Part shown: positions 10,607-19,672 of the stretch, piece by piece
Layout of the letters: every line of letters begins with the position of its first letter
Position numbering within the stretch: the first letter of the stretch is position 1
NCBI GenBank assembly: GCA_965205865.1
Contig: CBDBHR010000029.1
Coordinates: forward strand, 544,001-608,000
Origin: a bacterium
Lineage (GTDB): Bacteria; SAR324; NAC60-12
Reading direction: 5' to 3'
DNA: 64,000 nucleotides
The notes under the pieces: generated by a model
What the model was told of the DNA's origin: nothing
The model's database searches: none
Seen by the model: the letters and a program-made list of their open reading frames with translations, nothing else
Position numbers and translations under genes: made by a program

Positions 10607-11014
10607 ATGAATGCAATTCTTGATACTGGACCTTGGGTGGCTTTAATTGATCGTAGTGAATCCAAACATAAATTATCGACAGATTGGCTCCAAGCATATA
10701 AAGGAAAATTGTTCACAACTGAAGCCAACCTAACAGAAGTTCTTTATTTATTAAATTTTTCAATCATGGCTCAAACTGCAGCATTAGATTTTGTACTTCA
10801 TTCCGTTGTTGAAATCGTTCCGTCTACGAAATCAAGTCTGAAAAAGTCTCAAGAACTTATAATAAAGTATAACGACTTACCTATGGATTTTGCGGATGCC
10901 ACGCTTGTGACTCTCGCCGTTGATACCGGCGTATATAAAATTGTCACATTTGATTACAAAGATTTTTCAATTTACAAACCTGCCAAACAAGAACATTTTC
11001 AATTGATGCCTTGA
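10607..11014 (+). CDS. vapC: PIN-domain toxin
   Basis: ILDTG, LTE, MDFADA and TFD acidic motifs. Confidence 0.9.
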   Translation: MNAILDTGPWVALIDRSESKHKLSTDWLQAYKGKLFTTEANLTEVLYLLNFSIMAQTAALDFVLHSVVEIVPSTKSSLKKSQELIIKYNDLPMDFADATLVTLAVDTGVYKIVTFDYKDFSIYKPAKQEHFQLMP

Positions 11015-11286
11015 TATTTGTCACACCGAGATGAAATGCCTTGCGATAACCTTCCCCCACTCCGGAAAGCCCGGCCCGGTCTCATACCCACCGCCGACCA
11101 TCCCAAATCGATAAAAGCGAATGGCTTCCTGAGGATCCTTTTGGACGATCTCGCGCCAGTAGTCCGGAAAGGGGGGAAATCGCTCTTCAATGAGCGCATT
11201 TAATTCCTCGACCTGCAACTTATAGCGCATCCACCATGAAATGATCATATGATATGAGGGATCGCAGGCCCACACCAAGGATTCGC

Positions 11287-11475
11287 ATGGCTATACCGCT
11301 TCCAGTCCGAGAACTGATCGTCTCCCGCCTTGTAGCGGGGGTTCCACGCAAAGTCATCACCGAGGCGACCGGGGTTTCCCCATGCACCCTCAGCCGCCTG
11401 CTCAGGCGTCACCGGGAAACCGGGAATATCGCGGCCCGCCACGGGCGCGGCCAGCGGATCAAGGTCGACGCCAGG
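11287..11475 (+). pseudogene. Transposase N-terminal HTH remnant (IS630-like)
   Basis: MAIPLPVRELIV...TGVSPCTLSRLLRRHRETG. Confidence 0.55.
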
Positions 11476-11904
11476 GCCTGCGAAATGACGGCCACAGTAA
11501 TCCGCAACGATCGTTAAGCGTAAGCCCGGATTGATCCGAGGAAAAGCGCTATGCCAGAGATTGCCGTGAATTACGCAAACGGAACCGGCAGGCGCCTCCA
11601 CCGGGACAGCGTCTTCGACCCCTTCACCTTGCTTAGGATGCCGGCAGAGTTTGTGGGAACCCGGTACAATGCGCAGGGCCCCATTGTCTTTGGTGTAGTC
11701 TGTGAGAAGCCAATTGGTATTGCGCTTGCGCAGTCCAACAGCAGGCAACACCGGGCCTCGATACAATCCTGTATTTTCGTGCAACTGCAGTGTGGGACCG
11801 TAGCCCACGGGGTCCTGCCATTTGATGTAACTGGTAAACGTGGACAACTGACAATCCACGCCAAGATAGTATTCGATCAACGGTAAGGTCATGGGGTGTT
11901 GCAC
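11476..11904 (-). pseudogene. Phytanoyl-CoA dioxygenase (PhyH) family fragment
   Basis: WLLTDYTKDNGALRIVPGSH, PVEAPAGSV, LWHSA...R; truncated at both ends. Confidence 0.7.
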
Positions 11905-11959
11905 TATCTCCTCAAAGACTCGATCTTTTTCAAGAAATGTATAGAGGACATACTGGCTG

Positions 11960-12060
11960 CCAGAATACTCGCCTCATCCTTCCCTCGAATAGACGGCTTT
12001 GTCAGAAGACGTCTCAGGGCACTATTACGAAAACAGAAGAAAAGACCCGGATTCAGGCGG
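11960..12060 (+). pseudogene. Group II intron maturase (domain X) fragment
   Basis: FPRIDGFVRRRLRALLRKQKKRPGF. Confidence 0.65.
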
Positions 12061-12494
12061 TTTGTCAATTGTATCGCATCACTGAAAAGCAACTCATTGC
12101 CAAGGGGAAAGAAAGAAAACCCTCTGAAGCAAGGTCGGTTATTGCCTGGATAGTACGAGAATCAGAAAATCTAACATTGGAAGTCTGGGGAGAGCGTTGT
12201 GGTCGGGATGGCGTCACCTTAAGCAATGCCATTCGAATTTTGCCAGAACGCGTCAAAACAGACAAAGATTTGGTAAACAGGATGAAAGAAATTGAGGAAA
12301 AACTATCAATCTCCTTCGGGTCTGACTCGCCGCAGCCACTCCGCGTACCGTAGCTGCGTTGAAAAAAAGATATTCCGACTAAATACTCCGCTCGAGCGAA
12401 GCGAAAGTCGAGCCTCAACGAGAGAGCTTGATCCGGGATAGCTTATTTGAAGAATTAAACGTCAAATGAAATAATCAAAGGCCTGACCTCTTTT
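12058..12494 (+). pseudogene. C-terminal remnant of a Y1/RAYT-like transposase (DnaA-C-like HTH) with end motif
   Basis: SEARSVIAWIVRE...GRDGVTLSNAI; end motif AATCAAAGGCCTGACC recurs inverted at ~43240 and ~43578. Confidence 0.55.
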
Positions 12495-12535
12495 CATTCC
12501 ATCAGCAAGCGAGGATTTTTACAATTTTTATGCGC

Positions 12536-13504
12536 TTACCATTTGAAAGGGTTGATCAGCCGGACCAGGAATCCGCGTTTGCGTTTTCCTGCGGCGCCGT
12601 AACTGCCCTCACCGCCCCGCAGGCGGGGATCGAGCAGATCCCTCATGGCATCGCCGAACATGTTGAGACTGTAGACGACAATCGTCAGGCAAAGCCCCGG
12701 CCAGAGCGCCAGCCGTGGCGCCATCTCCATGTATCTACGTCCTTCCCGGCTGAGCATTGCGCCCCAGTCGGGAAACGCGGGAGGCAGACCGTATCCGAGG
12801 AAGCTCAGAGCGGCTGCGGAGAGGATGTTGCCTCCGATGTTGACCGAGAAGATGATGATCAGGGGAGCCACGATATTGGGCAGGACGTGTCGCATCAGTG
12901 TTTTGGAGGTGGGGCTGCCAAGGGCCTGGGCGGCCAGAAAGTAGTCATTCTCTTTAATACCGATCACGGCGCCCCGGGGCACGCGGGAGCCACTAATCCC
13001 TCCGGTGATCCCCAGCACCACGATGATCTGGAATAAACCCGTCCCCACGATGGACATGATGGTTAACAAGAGCAGCAGTCCCGGAAAACACATCCAGGCA
13101 TCGACAAGGCGCTGCACCACCAGGTCGAATTTCCCGCCAATGAATCCGGAAGTGCCACCAATGAGGACCGCGACGAGCACATTGAGCGTGGTGGCGGCCA
13201 GCCCGACAATCAAGGAAAGACGCGCCCCATAGATCAGGCGGCTCAACAAGTCGCGCCCGATATGGTCGGTGCCCAGGAGATACTGGGCGGAGGGACCCTG
13301 AAACCGGTCTCTCAGGTGCATTTCATAAAAGGGATAAGGCGCCAGCGCATCGGCAAAGATGGCCACAAAAATCAAGAGCAAGACGATCACCCCGCAGGCC
13401 ATCCCCAGGGGCTTCTCCTTGAGCAGCCGGATCAGGAAATCCGCAAAACGGCCTCGTCGCTTGGGCTCACTGACTGCTGATTGTGTTTCTTGGGTGTTAT
13501 TCAT
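12536..13504 (-). CDS. ABC peptide/nickel transporter permease (DppC/OppC-like)
   Basis: LLGTDHIGRDLLSRLIYGAR, HVLPN, LSFLGYG, FGDAMRDLLDPR. Confidence 0.93.
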   Translation of the reverse strand: MNNTQETQSAVSEPKRRGRFADFLIRLLKEKPLGMACGVIVLLLIFVAIFADALAPYPFYEMHLRDRFQGPSAQYLLGTDHIGRDLLSRLIYGARLSLIVGLAATTLNVLVAVLIGGTSGFIGGKFDLVVQRLVDAWMCFPGLLLLLTIMSIVGTGLFQIIVVLGITGGISGSRVPRGAVIGIKENDYFLAAQALGSPTSKTLMRHVLPNIVAPLIIIFSVNIGGNILSAAALSFLGYGLPPAFPDWGAMLSREGRRYMEMAPRLALWPGLCLTIVVYSLNMFGDAMRDLLDPRLRGGEGSYGAAGKRKRGFLVRLINPFKW

Positions 13505-13526
13505 TTTGCGGATTGTTCTATAATAC

Positions 13527-13916
13527 AGTCCCGGAGGGACGAAAGGGAATAGCCCAGCGATTCATCGCTGGAAAAGGCCCCCCCCTCCTCCTCAGCTAGT
13601 CCCGGAGGGACGAAAGGGAATAGCCCAGCGATTCATCGCTGGGAAAGGCCCCCCTCCTCAGCTAGTCCCGGAGGGACGACACTTCTTCGATCTTTCGAGT
13701 TACTCCCATAAGGAAAAAGGTGCTTTTTGATTTCAGGAGTCATCCTCTCAATTCGGATTTTTGTGCTAAAGACACAATGAAGATGATTGCTAATTTATGG
13801 AATGGGACATGAAACCTCATTGTTGTGTCGTCCCTCCGGGACTTTAAAGGAGACTGTCTTTAGGAAGTAGCCCAGCGATAAATCGCTGGGCTACTTCCTG
13901 TCGTCCCTCCGGGACT
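13527..13916. repeat. REP-like cluster (AGTCCCGGAGGGACG / CCCAGCGATWMATCGCTGG) around an IS200 tnpA remnant
   Basis: Direct copies at 13527, 13598 and 13664; inverted copies at 13827-13843 and 13900-13916. Confidence 0.85.
13705..13810 (-). pseudogene. tnpA: IS200/IS605-family Y1 transposase N-terminal remnant
   Basis: MSHS, frameshift, then ISNHLHCVFSTKIRIERMTPEIKKHLFPY; GAGG RBS. Confidence 0.75.
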
Positions 13917-13964
13917 TCTTCTTACATACGAATCTCAAACCCATATTTACCAGAAGCATAACGA

Positions 13965-14963
13965 CTATTCATACCGCACCCTCGGATCCAAATAAGGATA
14001 AATCAGGTCGATCAGGAGATTGATCCCCATCACCCCGGCGGCGAAAAACAGGTTGACTCCGGAGACCACCGGGTAGTCTCGGTCCTGGAGTGCCAGCAGC
14101 AAGAGACGACCGATCCCCGGCAGGTTGAAGATGTTCTCCATGATCACGGCGCCCCCGACCAGGAGTGGCAACTGCAGGCCGATCAGGGTGATAACCGGGA
14201 TGAAGGCATTCTTGAGGGCGTGTCTCACCACGACGACCCGCTCCTTGAGCCCCTTGGCCCAGGCGGAGCGGATATAGTCCTGCCTTAAGACCTCCAGCAT
14301 CATGGTGCGCGTCATGCGCATGGTGGCTGCCGACAGGGCCGTCCCCAGAATCAGGCTGGGAATGATGAACATCCCGAGATTCCCCAGCGAGTCTTCGGAG
14401 AAGGGAATCAGCTCCATCGAGGGCGACCAACCCCACCAGATGACGGGGTAGAGCATGACCATAATTCCCAGCCAGAAGTTCGGCGTGGCCAAGCCGATGA
14501 TGGCGAAGGTGCGCCCCAGGTAGTCGGCGGTCGTATCCTGGCGAATCGCCGAGTAGATGCCCACGGGCAGCGCGATCAACAGCCCGATGACGATGGCCAG
14601 GACACCAAGCTCCAGGGTGACTGGCAATCGAATGAATATCTCCACCTCTACCGGCCAACCGCCCAGCAGTGATTTGCCCAGGCTGCCCTGGAGGATACCG
14701 TTGAAGCGGGACTCACCGGTAACCCAGTCAGGGGTCGGCAACACTCCGATCCAGCGTCCATACTGCACGTAGACGGGCACGTCCAGTCCCAGTATACGCT
14801 CAAGCACGTCACGGTCTAACTTACCAACCGCCCACTCTGTCTCATCCGCCATCGTGTCTATGATATCGCCGGGGATGAAGCGCACGGACAGAAAGACCAG
14901 GACGCTCAATAGAAACAGGGTGGGAATTACGAGCAATAAGCGCCTGATGAGATAGGCTTTCAT
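13965..14963 (-). CDS. ABC peptide/nickel transporter permease (DppB/OppB-like)
   Basis: YLIRRLL, PGD, QDYIRSAWAKGL, HALKNA, YLDPR. Confidence 0.93.
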   Translation of the reverse strand: MKAYLIRRLLLVIPTLFLLSVLVFLSVRFIPGDIIDTMADETEWAVGKLDRDVLERILGLDVPVYVQYGRWIGVLPTPDWVTGESRFNGILQGSLGKSLLGGWPVEVEIFIRLPVTLELGVLAIVIGLLIALPVGIYSAIRQDTTADYLGRTFAIIGLATPNFWLGIMVMLYPVIWWGWSPSMELIPFSEDSLGNLGMFIIPSLILGTALSAATMRMTRTMMLEVLRQDYIRSAWAKGLKERVVVVRHALKNAFIPVITLIGLQLPLLVGGAVIMENIFNLPGIGRLLLLALQDRDYPVVSGVNLFFAAGVMGINLLIDLIYPYLDPRVRYE

Positions 14964-14969
14964 ATGATG

Positions 14970-15006
14970 CCCCCTCCCCTACCCCTCCCACCAGGGGAGG
15001 GGGAAT
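14970..15006. repeat. GC-rich palindromic repeat, copy 2
   Basis: CCCCTCCCCTACCCTCCCACCAGGGGAGGGGGAAT, similar to the reverse complement of 4942-4980. Confidence 0.7.
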
Positions 15007-15024
15007 AAGGTTTTAACACAGCTT

Positions 15025-16884
15025 CTAATACCCCATTTCTTTCTTCAGCTCCTGGTCAATCCAGAGGCGGGTCCAGAGGGTAGGATAGTTACTCCCATCG
15101 AATATGTATTCACCGTTGTAGCCTTTAACCCACGGCTGGAGCGCGACAAAAAATGGCATTTTAAGCCCCCATATTTGCCAGTGCTTCTCTATTACGTACA
15201 TATCTGCCTTTTTAACCAGCGGCTTCTGCTCCTCAATGGTGGTAGCGGCTTCGGCGGCTTCAACCATGGCGTCATAAACCGGGTCCTGGACTCCGGGGCG
15301 GTTCCAGAGAGACCTGTCCGTATGGAACCCGCCTAACAGCCATATAGGGTCAGCATCCCAGCCTGCAAGCGCATTCACCATACCGTCATAAGTATGTTCC
15401 CTGATACTAGAGACATGACGAGCTCGGTCCTGGATAAAAATCTCTACCTCAACCCCAATGGCACGAAAGTACTCTACGAGTATTTCTGCATAGGTTATAG
15501 GGGATTGGAAGTAGTATTCCCAGGTGGTCTTGAATCGAATGCCGTCCGCGCCGCGCGGATACCCAGCCTCATCAAGGAGCTTCTCGGCCCCTTCCGGGTC
15601 ATAGGTATAGCGTTCCTGGATCTCTTCGGGCCACTCTTCAAATGGGTTGTTATACCCTTTTATGCCAGACCCGATCATCCCCTCGGGTTTCGTTTCTGCC
15701 CAACCCTTAGCCCAGGTCTCGCTAATGGTCTCAAGGTCCAGTGCCTTCTGCATGGCGATGCGCACCCTGATATCATTAAAGGGCGGCTTGCGTACATCGG
15801 GAGCAATACCATATACCATCCGACCACTAACCGGCATAAACACGATTTCAGGGTTGCTCTGCATGACGCTCTCGACCACGTCGATATCCCCTTGCTCAGC
15901 ACAGCCGCCAATCCCTATCAAATCAATCTTACCCGAGCGCAGTGCCGCTATAACTGATTCGTTTTCTTTAATAACCAGACCTCTGTACTCGTCAACATAG
16001 GGCAGGCGGTTCTCTGGGTATTTTTCGTCGTAGTCCCAGTAGTCAGGATTCCTGGTCCAGGTCATAGAGCTGCCAAAGACCCACTCGGTCAGCATAAAGG
16101 GCCCGGTGCCGACCAGGTTCCTCCAGTCCTTAAGGTCGCCGTGTTGTTCGATGACCTCGCGTGGTAATATCCAACCATTGGTGTCGCCGAGGATAATCAA
16201 CAGCGCACCGAGGTCTGGCCGCTTGAGTTTAATCTCAACCGTCCATTTGTCGGTGGCCGTTATCGATTCCAATGGCAGACCGGCGAGCTTGCGTGCATAG
16301 GGACTAGGTCCGGCGTCGGCGAACTTGCCCAGACCCGCATAACGGTGGTAGTTCCATTCGACATCATAGGCATCAAATTCTCGACTGTTCATTGGTGCCT
16401 TATTATGCCAGTGAACGCCCTGGCGGATGTTGAGGACATAAGTTGTTGGGTCGGGTTGCTCCCAGCTTTCAGCCAGGTGCCCTGTTCTGGCAAATTCAGG
16501 TATCCAGAACCCAGGGTTGAAGTTATATTCGTCCCTGGGTATTGCCCAGTTCCCGATGCTCAGCTTCTCTATAACCCCACTGATGGTGTGAGCGGCCGAG
16601 CTAAACCAGATGTCGGCATTACGCGGAGCCTCGCACTTCTGGACTTGGGTGAATGTCCCCCCATATCGAGGGGCTTCCACCATTTCACCGGTGCTGGGAT
16701 CCATCACCATCTTTTTCTCAGCCGCCACGGCCGAACCGACCCCGAGGGCGGCCACCATCAGGGTGAGGGTGAGCAACAAGGATTGCATCCCCGCTTTCGC
16801 GAGGACAAGCTTTTGTACAGCAGACCAAGCGCCTGCCGGGTTCAGCCCCGCGAAGGGGGGCGACAAGTTTTTCATACTATTCAT
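15025..16884 (-). CDS. ABC transporter substrate-binding protein, family 5
   Basis: PRYGGT, LAESWE, IRQGVHWH, GTGPF, PFNDIRVR; GAGG RBS before the ATG at 16884. Confidence 0.92.
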   Translation of the reverse strand: MNSMKNLSPPFAGLNPAGAWSAVQKLVLAKAGMQSLLLTLTLMVAALGVGSAVAAEKKMVMDPSTGEMVEAPRYGGTFTQVQKCEAPRNADIWFSSAAHTISGVIEKLSIGNWAIPRDEYNFNPGFWIPEFARTGHLAESWEQPDPTTYVLNIRQGVHWHNKAPMNSREFDAYDVEWNYHRYAGLGKFADAGPSPYARKLAGLPLESITATDKWTVEIKLKRPDLGALLIILGDTNGWILPREVIEQHGDLKDWRNLVGTGPFMLTEWVFGSSMTWTRNPDYWDYDEKYPENRLPYVDEYRGLVIKENESVIAALRSGKIDLIGIGGCAEQGDIDVVESVMQSNPEIVFMPVSGRMVYGIAPDVRKPPFNDIRVRIAMQKALDLETISETWAKGWAETKPEGMIGSGIKGYNNPFEEWPEEIQERYTYDPEGAEKLLDEAGYPRGADGIRFKTTWEYYFQSPITYAEILVEYFRAIGVEVEIFIQDRARHVSSIREHTYDGMVNALAGWDADPIWLLGGFHTDRSLWNRPGVQDPVYDAMVEAAEAATTIEEQKPLVKKADMYVIEKHWQIWGLKMPFFVALQPWVKGYNGEYIFDGSNYPTLWTRLWIDQELKKEMGY

Positions 16885-17016
16885 TGTAACCTCGTTTAAT
16901 TGAGGGTGTTGAGAACGATTCACCCGACATAGGGCGAATCGGTTTTCGCAGCAGACACAACGTCTGCCACGATCAGCCCCACGAATCGGGCCAGAAATTT
17001 CTTAAGATACATAGGG

Positions 17017-17300
17017 TCCTTTCTTTGCTTGAGGGGTAACTATTTAGGTCTCTGAAAAACCCGTTTAGTTCAATATCGGTGAAAAAAGATTCCCGAAGAG
17101 GATCCATCACTTCACTTCCTCCCGCACCTATTTTGAATCGAACGGGCGGGAACCCTCCCAAGATTTTGTTCAATCGATCGGGTCAACCCTCTCTTTTATC
17201 TGAAAAACACAACTTAACGAAGGCACGATTATAGTACAATAAAATGCAATGTCAATCCCCTGATGTAAAATAAATTCGGGATTCGCAAAAAAAAAAAAAT
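17017..17300 (-). repeat. Promoter/leader module, copy 1
   Basis: Homologous to 17335-17516 and 47351-47790. Confidence 0.85.
17228..17255 (-). promoter_or_regulatory. Consensus sigma70 promoter
   Basis: TTGACA-N16-TATAAT on the minus strand. Confidence 0.8.
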
Positions 17301-17334
17301 CAATAAATCTACTCAAATCCGGGGACAGTCAGAA

Positions 17335-17516
17335 GCCGTTCAGTTCAATAACGTTGAAAAAAGATTCCCGGGAAGGATCCATCGTTTTCACATCCTCCCG
17401 GGGTATTGTTCAATCGATCGAGCGGGAATCCTCCCACAGCTAATTTTGAATCAAACGAGCGGAAATCCTCTCCTTCCCTAAAACAACAAGGCATGATTTC
17501 AGCACTACTACGCGGC
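17335..17516 (-). repeat. Promoter/leader module, copy 2
   Basis: Shares GAAAAAAGATTCCCG..GGATCCATC and TTGTTCAATCGATCG with copies 1 and 3, and AAAACAACAAGGCATGATTT with copy 3. Confidence 0.85.
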
Positions 17517-17599
17517 GCAAAGCCTATAGCAAGTTTGGATCAGGAGAATTGCGCAACAAAGGAGGTCAGCTATAAAAAGATATATTGCGGTCCATCTTC

Positions 17600-18090
17600 G
17601 GCATGAGCCAAAAAGCGAATGTTCGCTCCACAGTCCAGCGTTTTTTCCAACGGCGATCATGATCGCAAACGCTTTGCCAGGGAGGTAAATCATGGCCAAG
17701 CATGCTCCACTGACAAGCCGTTTTCAGGACATACAAAATCGCATTGACGATGCTACGTTTGCTATGAATACTTTTGGCCACGCAGGGAGCGGATATCTCT
17801 CTCGGCTTGGTTGTTGTCAAAAGGAACTTGAAAGTCATGCATGAATAACAAGCTTTCCTTTTCATATAGTTACGAAAAATTTTGACAACCGAAATCAAGC
17901 CTGCTTGCGCGGTCAGGTCTTTGCCTCCCTGGCTGATATGGATGTTTTTTGCTGACGGTCTTGCCGATCTTGTGCTACGATTGTTCTTCATGGAAATGGT
18001 GATCTCTCAAAATGTTGATTTGGGTGTTAACTATTTGAATATATTACTATTTCCATGTTTGATTGTCATCCAATCGCAGAATTTGGGTTT
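17600..18090 (-). pseudogene. Fused IS remnants: IS1380-like N-terminus, IS66 fragment and internally deleted IS5-family piece
   Basis: [31 protein letters not shown] in another frame (17789-17863); IVNAILYVLKTACQW..LPPWQSV and KRWTVERTFA. Confidence 0.75.
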
Positions 18091-18196
18091 GACTTGATTC
18101 TTTGTTGAAATTACAAACAAGTTATTACCTTGATCAAATTTTGATGTTGCTCAATCACAAGATCATACCAGGTCGTTTTATCAAAAAGTCTCTCTT

Positions 18197-19663
18197 ATGG
18201 CATTGATGTCTATCAGTCGGATCATCTCCCATCATGCGGCAAAACATCCCGAATGGCCCGCTATTACCCATGAAGGACATACTGTGACCGGCAGGGAATT
18301 GGATCTTCATACGAACCGCTTGGCACGGGCATATCAACAAATGGGAGTCAGGCAAAACGATTTTGTGACCGTGGCTCTTCCCAACTGTATCGAATTCTAC
18401 GAAGCCTGTATTGCCATCTGGAAACTCGGCGCTATTCCGCAACCTGTTTCTTACCGTCTCCCTGAAATGGAGTTAGCGTCCATTGTGGAATTGGCAAACC
18501 CGCCTTTGATCGTCGGAGTCGAATTCGGGCAACTCAAAAACCGTCAAATCTTGCCTGCCGGGTTTCAACCGGACCCTCGACTTTCAGACGATTTATTACC
18601 CGATGTGGTTGCCAAACACTGGAAGGCACCGACTTCAGGAGGCAGTACCGGACGTCCAAAGCTGATTGTTTCAGGAGATCCGGGTGAGATGGACCCGGAG
18701 CAGGAGCCTGTTTATTACAATTTATTGTTACCGGGAGGCACTCATTTGGTTCCCGGACCTTTATATCACAATGGACCATTTACCTATTCAATGATTGCAA
18801 TGTTCCGGGGCTGTCACATAGTACTGATGAGTCGATTTGATGCCAAGGAAACCTTGGGTCTCATCGAAAAATATCAAGTCACATGGGTAATGATGGTACC
18901 CACCATGATGCACCGGGTCTGGCGGCTTGGAGAGGAAATTCGCAATCGATATGATCTCTCGTCTCTGCGCGTCATGCTTCACTTGGCAGCGCCTTGTCCG
19001 ATTTGGCTCAAGGAAAAGTGGATCGAATGGTTGGGAGGTCGGGTTTATGAATTGTATGCCGGTACGGAAGGAATTGGAATCACCTGGATCACCAGCGAAG
19101 AATGGTTAGTGCGCAAAGGATCTGTGGGAAAACTGATCACTGAAGGCCAAATCAAAATTGTTGGTAAGAACGACGAGGAGTTAGCGCGGGGTGAAATCGG
19201 TGAAATTTATTTTCTGCCTGCAAAAGGGCAGGGGAGCACCTACCACTATATTGGCGCAGAAGCCAAATCGATCGAAGGGGGTTGGGAATCTCTTGGCGAC
19301 ATGGGGTATATGGATGAAGAAGGCTATATTTACCTTTGCGACAGAAGGAAAGACATGATTCTCAGCGGAGGCGCCAATATCTATCCTGCCGAAGTGGAAG
19401 CGGCGATCGATTCTTTTTCCGGAGTTCGTTCCAGCGCTGTGCTCGGCTTACCGGATGAAGATTTAGGGCAAAGTGTTCACGCCATTGTGGATGCCCCTGA
19501 TGGAATCAATAGTGACGCGTTGTTGGCCCATCTCGCCGAACGACTGGTTCGTTATAAAATTCCACGTAGCTTCGAATATGTCGACGCGCTGCTGCGGGAT
19601 GATGCCGGAAAAACCAGGCGCTCCGCATTGCATCGAGAAAGAATTCAATCTCAATCAAAATAA
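18197..19663 (+). CDS. AMP-binding acyl-CoA synthetase
   Basis: TSGGSTGRPK, YAGTE, GDMG, DRRKDMILSGGANIYP. Confidence 0.93.
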   Translation: MALMSISRIISHHAAKHPEWPAITHEGHTVTGRELDLHTNRLARAYQQMGVRQNDFVTVALPNCIEFYEACIAIWKLGAIPQPVSYRLPEMELASIVELANPPLIVGVEFGQLKNRQILPAGFQPDPRLSDDLLPDVVAKHWKAPTSGGSTGRPKLIVSGDPGEMDPEQEPVYYNLLLPGGTHLVPGPLYHNGPFTYSMIAMFRGCHIVLMSRFDAKETLGLIEKYQVTWVMMVPTMMHRVWRLGEEIRNRYDLSSLRVMLHLAAPCPIWLKEKWIEWLGGRVYELYAGTEGIGITWITSEEWLVRKGSVGKLITEGQIKIVGKNDEELARGEIGEIYFLPAKGQGSTYHYIGAEAKSIEGGWESLGDMGYMDEEGYIYLCDRRKDMILSGGANIYPAEVEAAIDSFSGVRSSAVLGLPDEDLGQSVHAIVDAPDGINSDALLAHLAERLVRYKIPRSFEYVDALLRDDAGKTRRSALHRERIQSQSK

Positions 19664-19672
19664 GGAGAAAAA

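Noticed and set aside
11245-11475. C-terminus of the 219-aa PhyH ORF
   Set aside because: Read-through into the antisense strand of a transposase remnant
13969-14658. 229-aa alternative-frame ORF in dppB (and similar overlapping ORFs throughout)
   Set aside because: Typical GC-rich off-frame ORFs with no recognisable motifs
17287-17299. Poly-A tract as a phase-variation switch
   Set aside because: Upstream of the -35 box; the equivalent tract in copy 3 is interrupted; length variation cannot be judged without reads
17060-17470. CRISPR array (GTTCAAT-starting subrepeats)
   Set aside because: Few degenerate units, separated by only a few nt or by conserved sequence; no unique spacers and no cas genes
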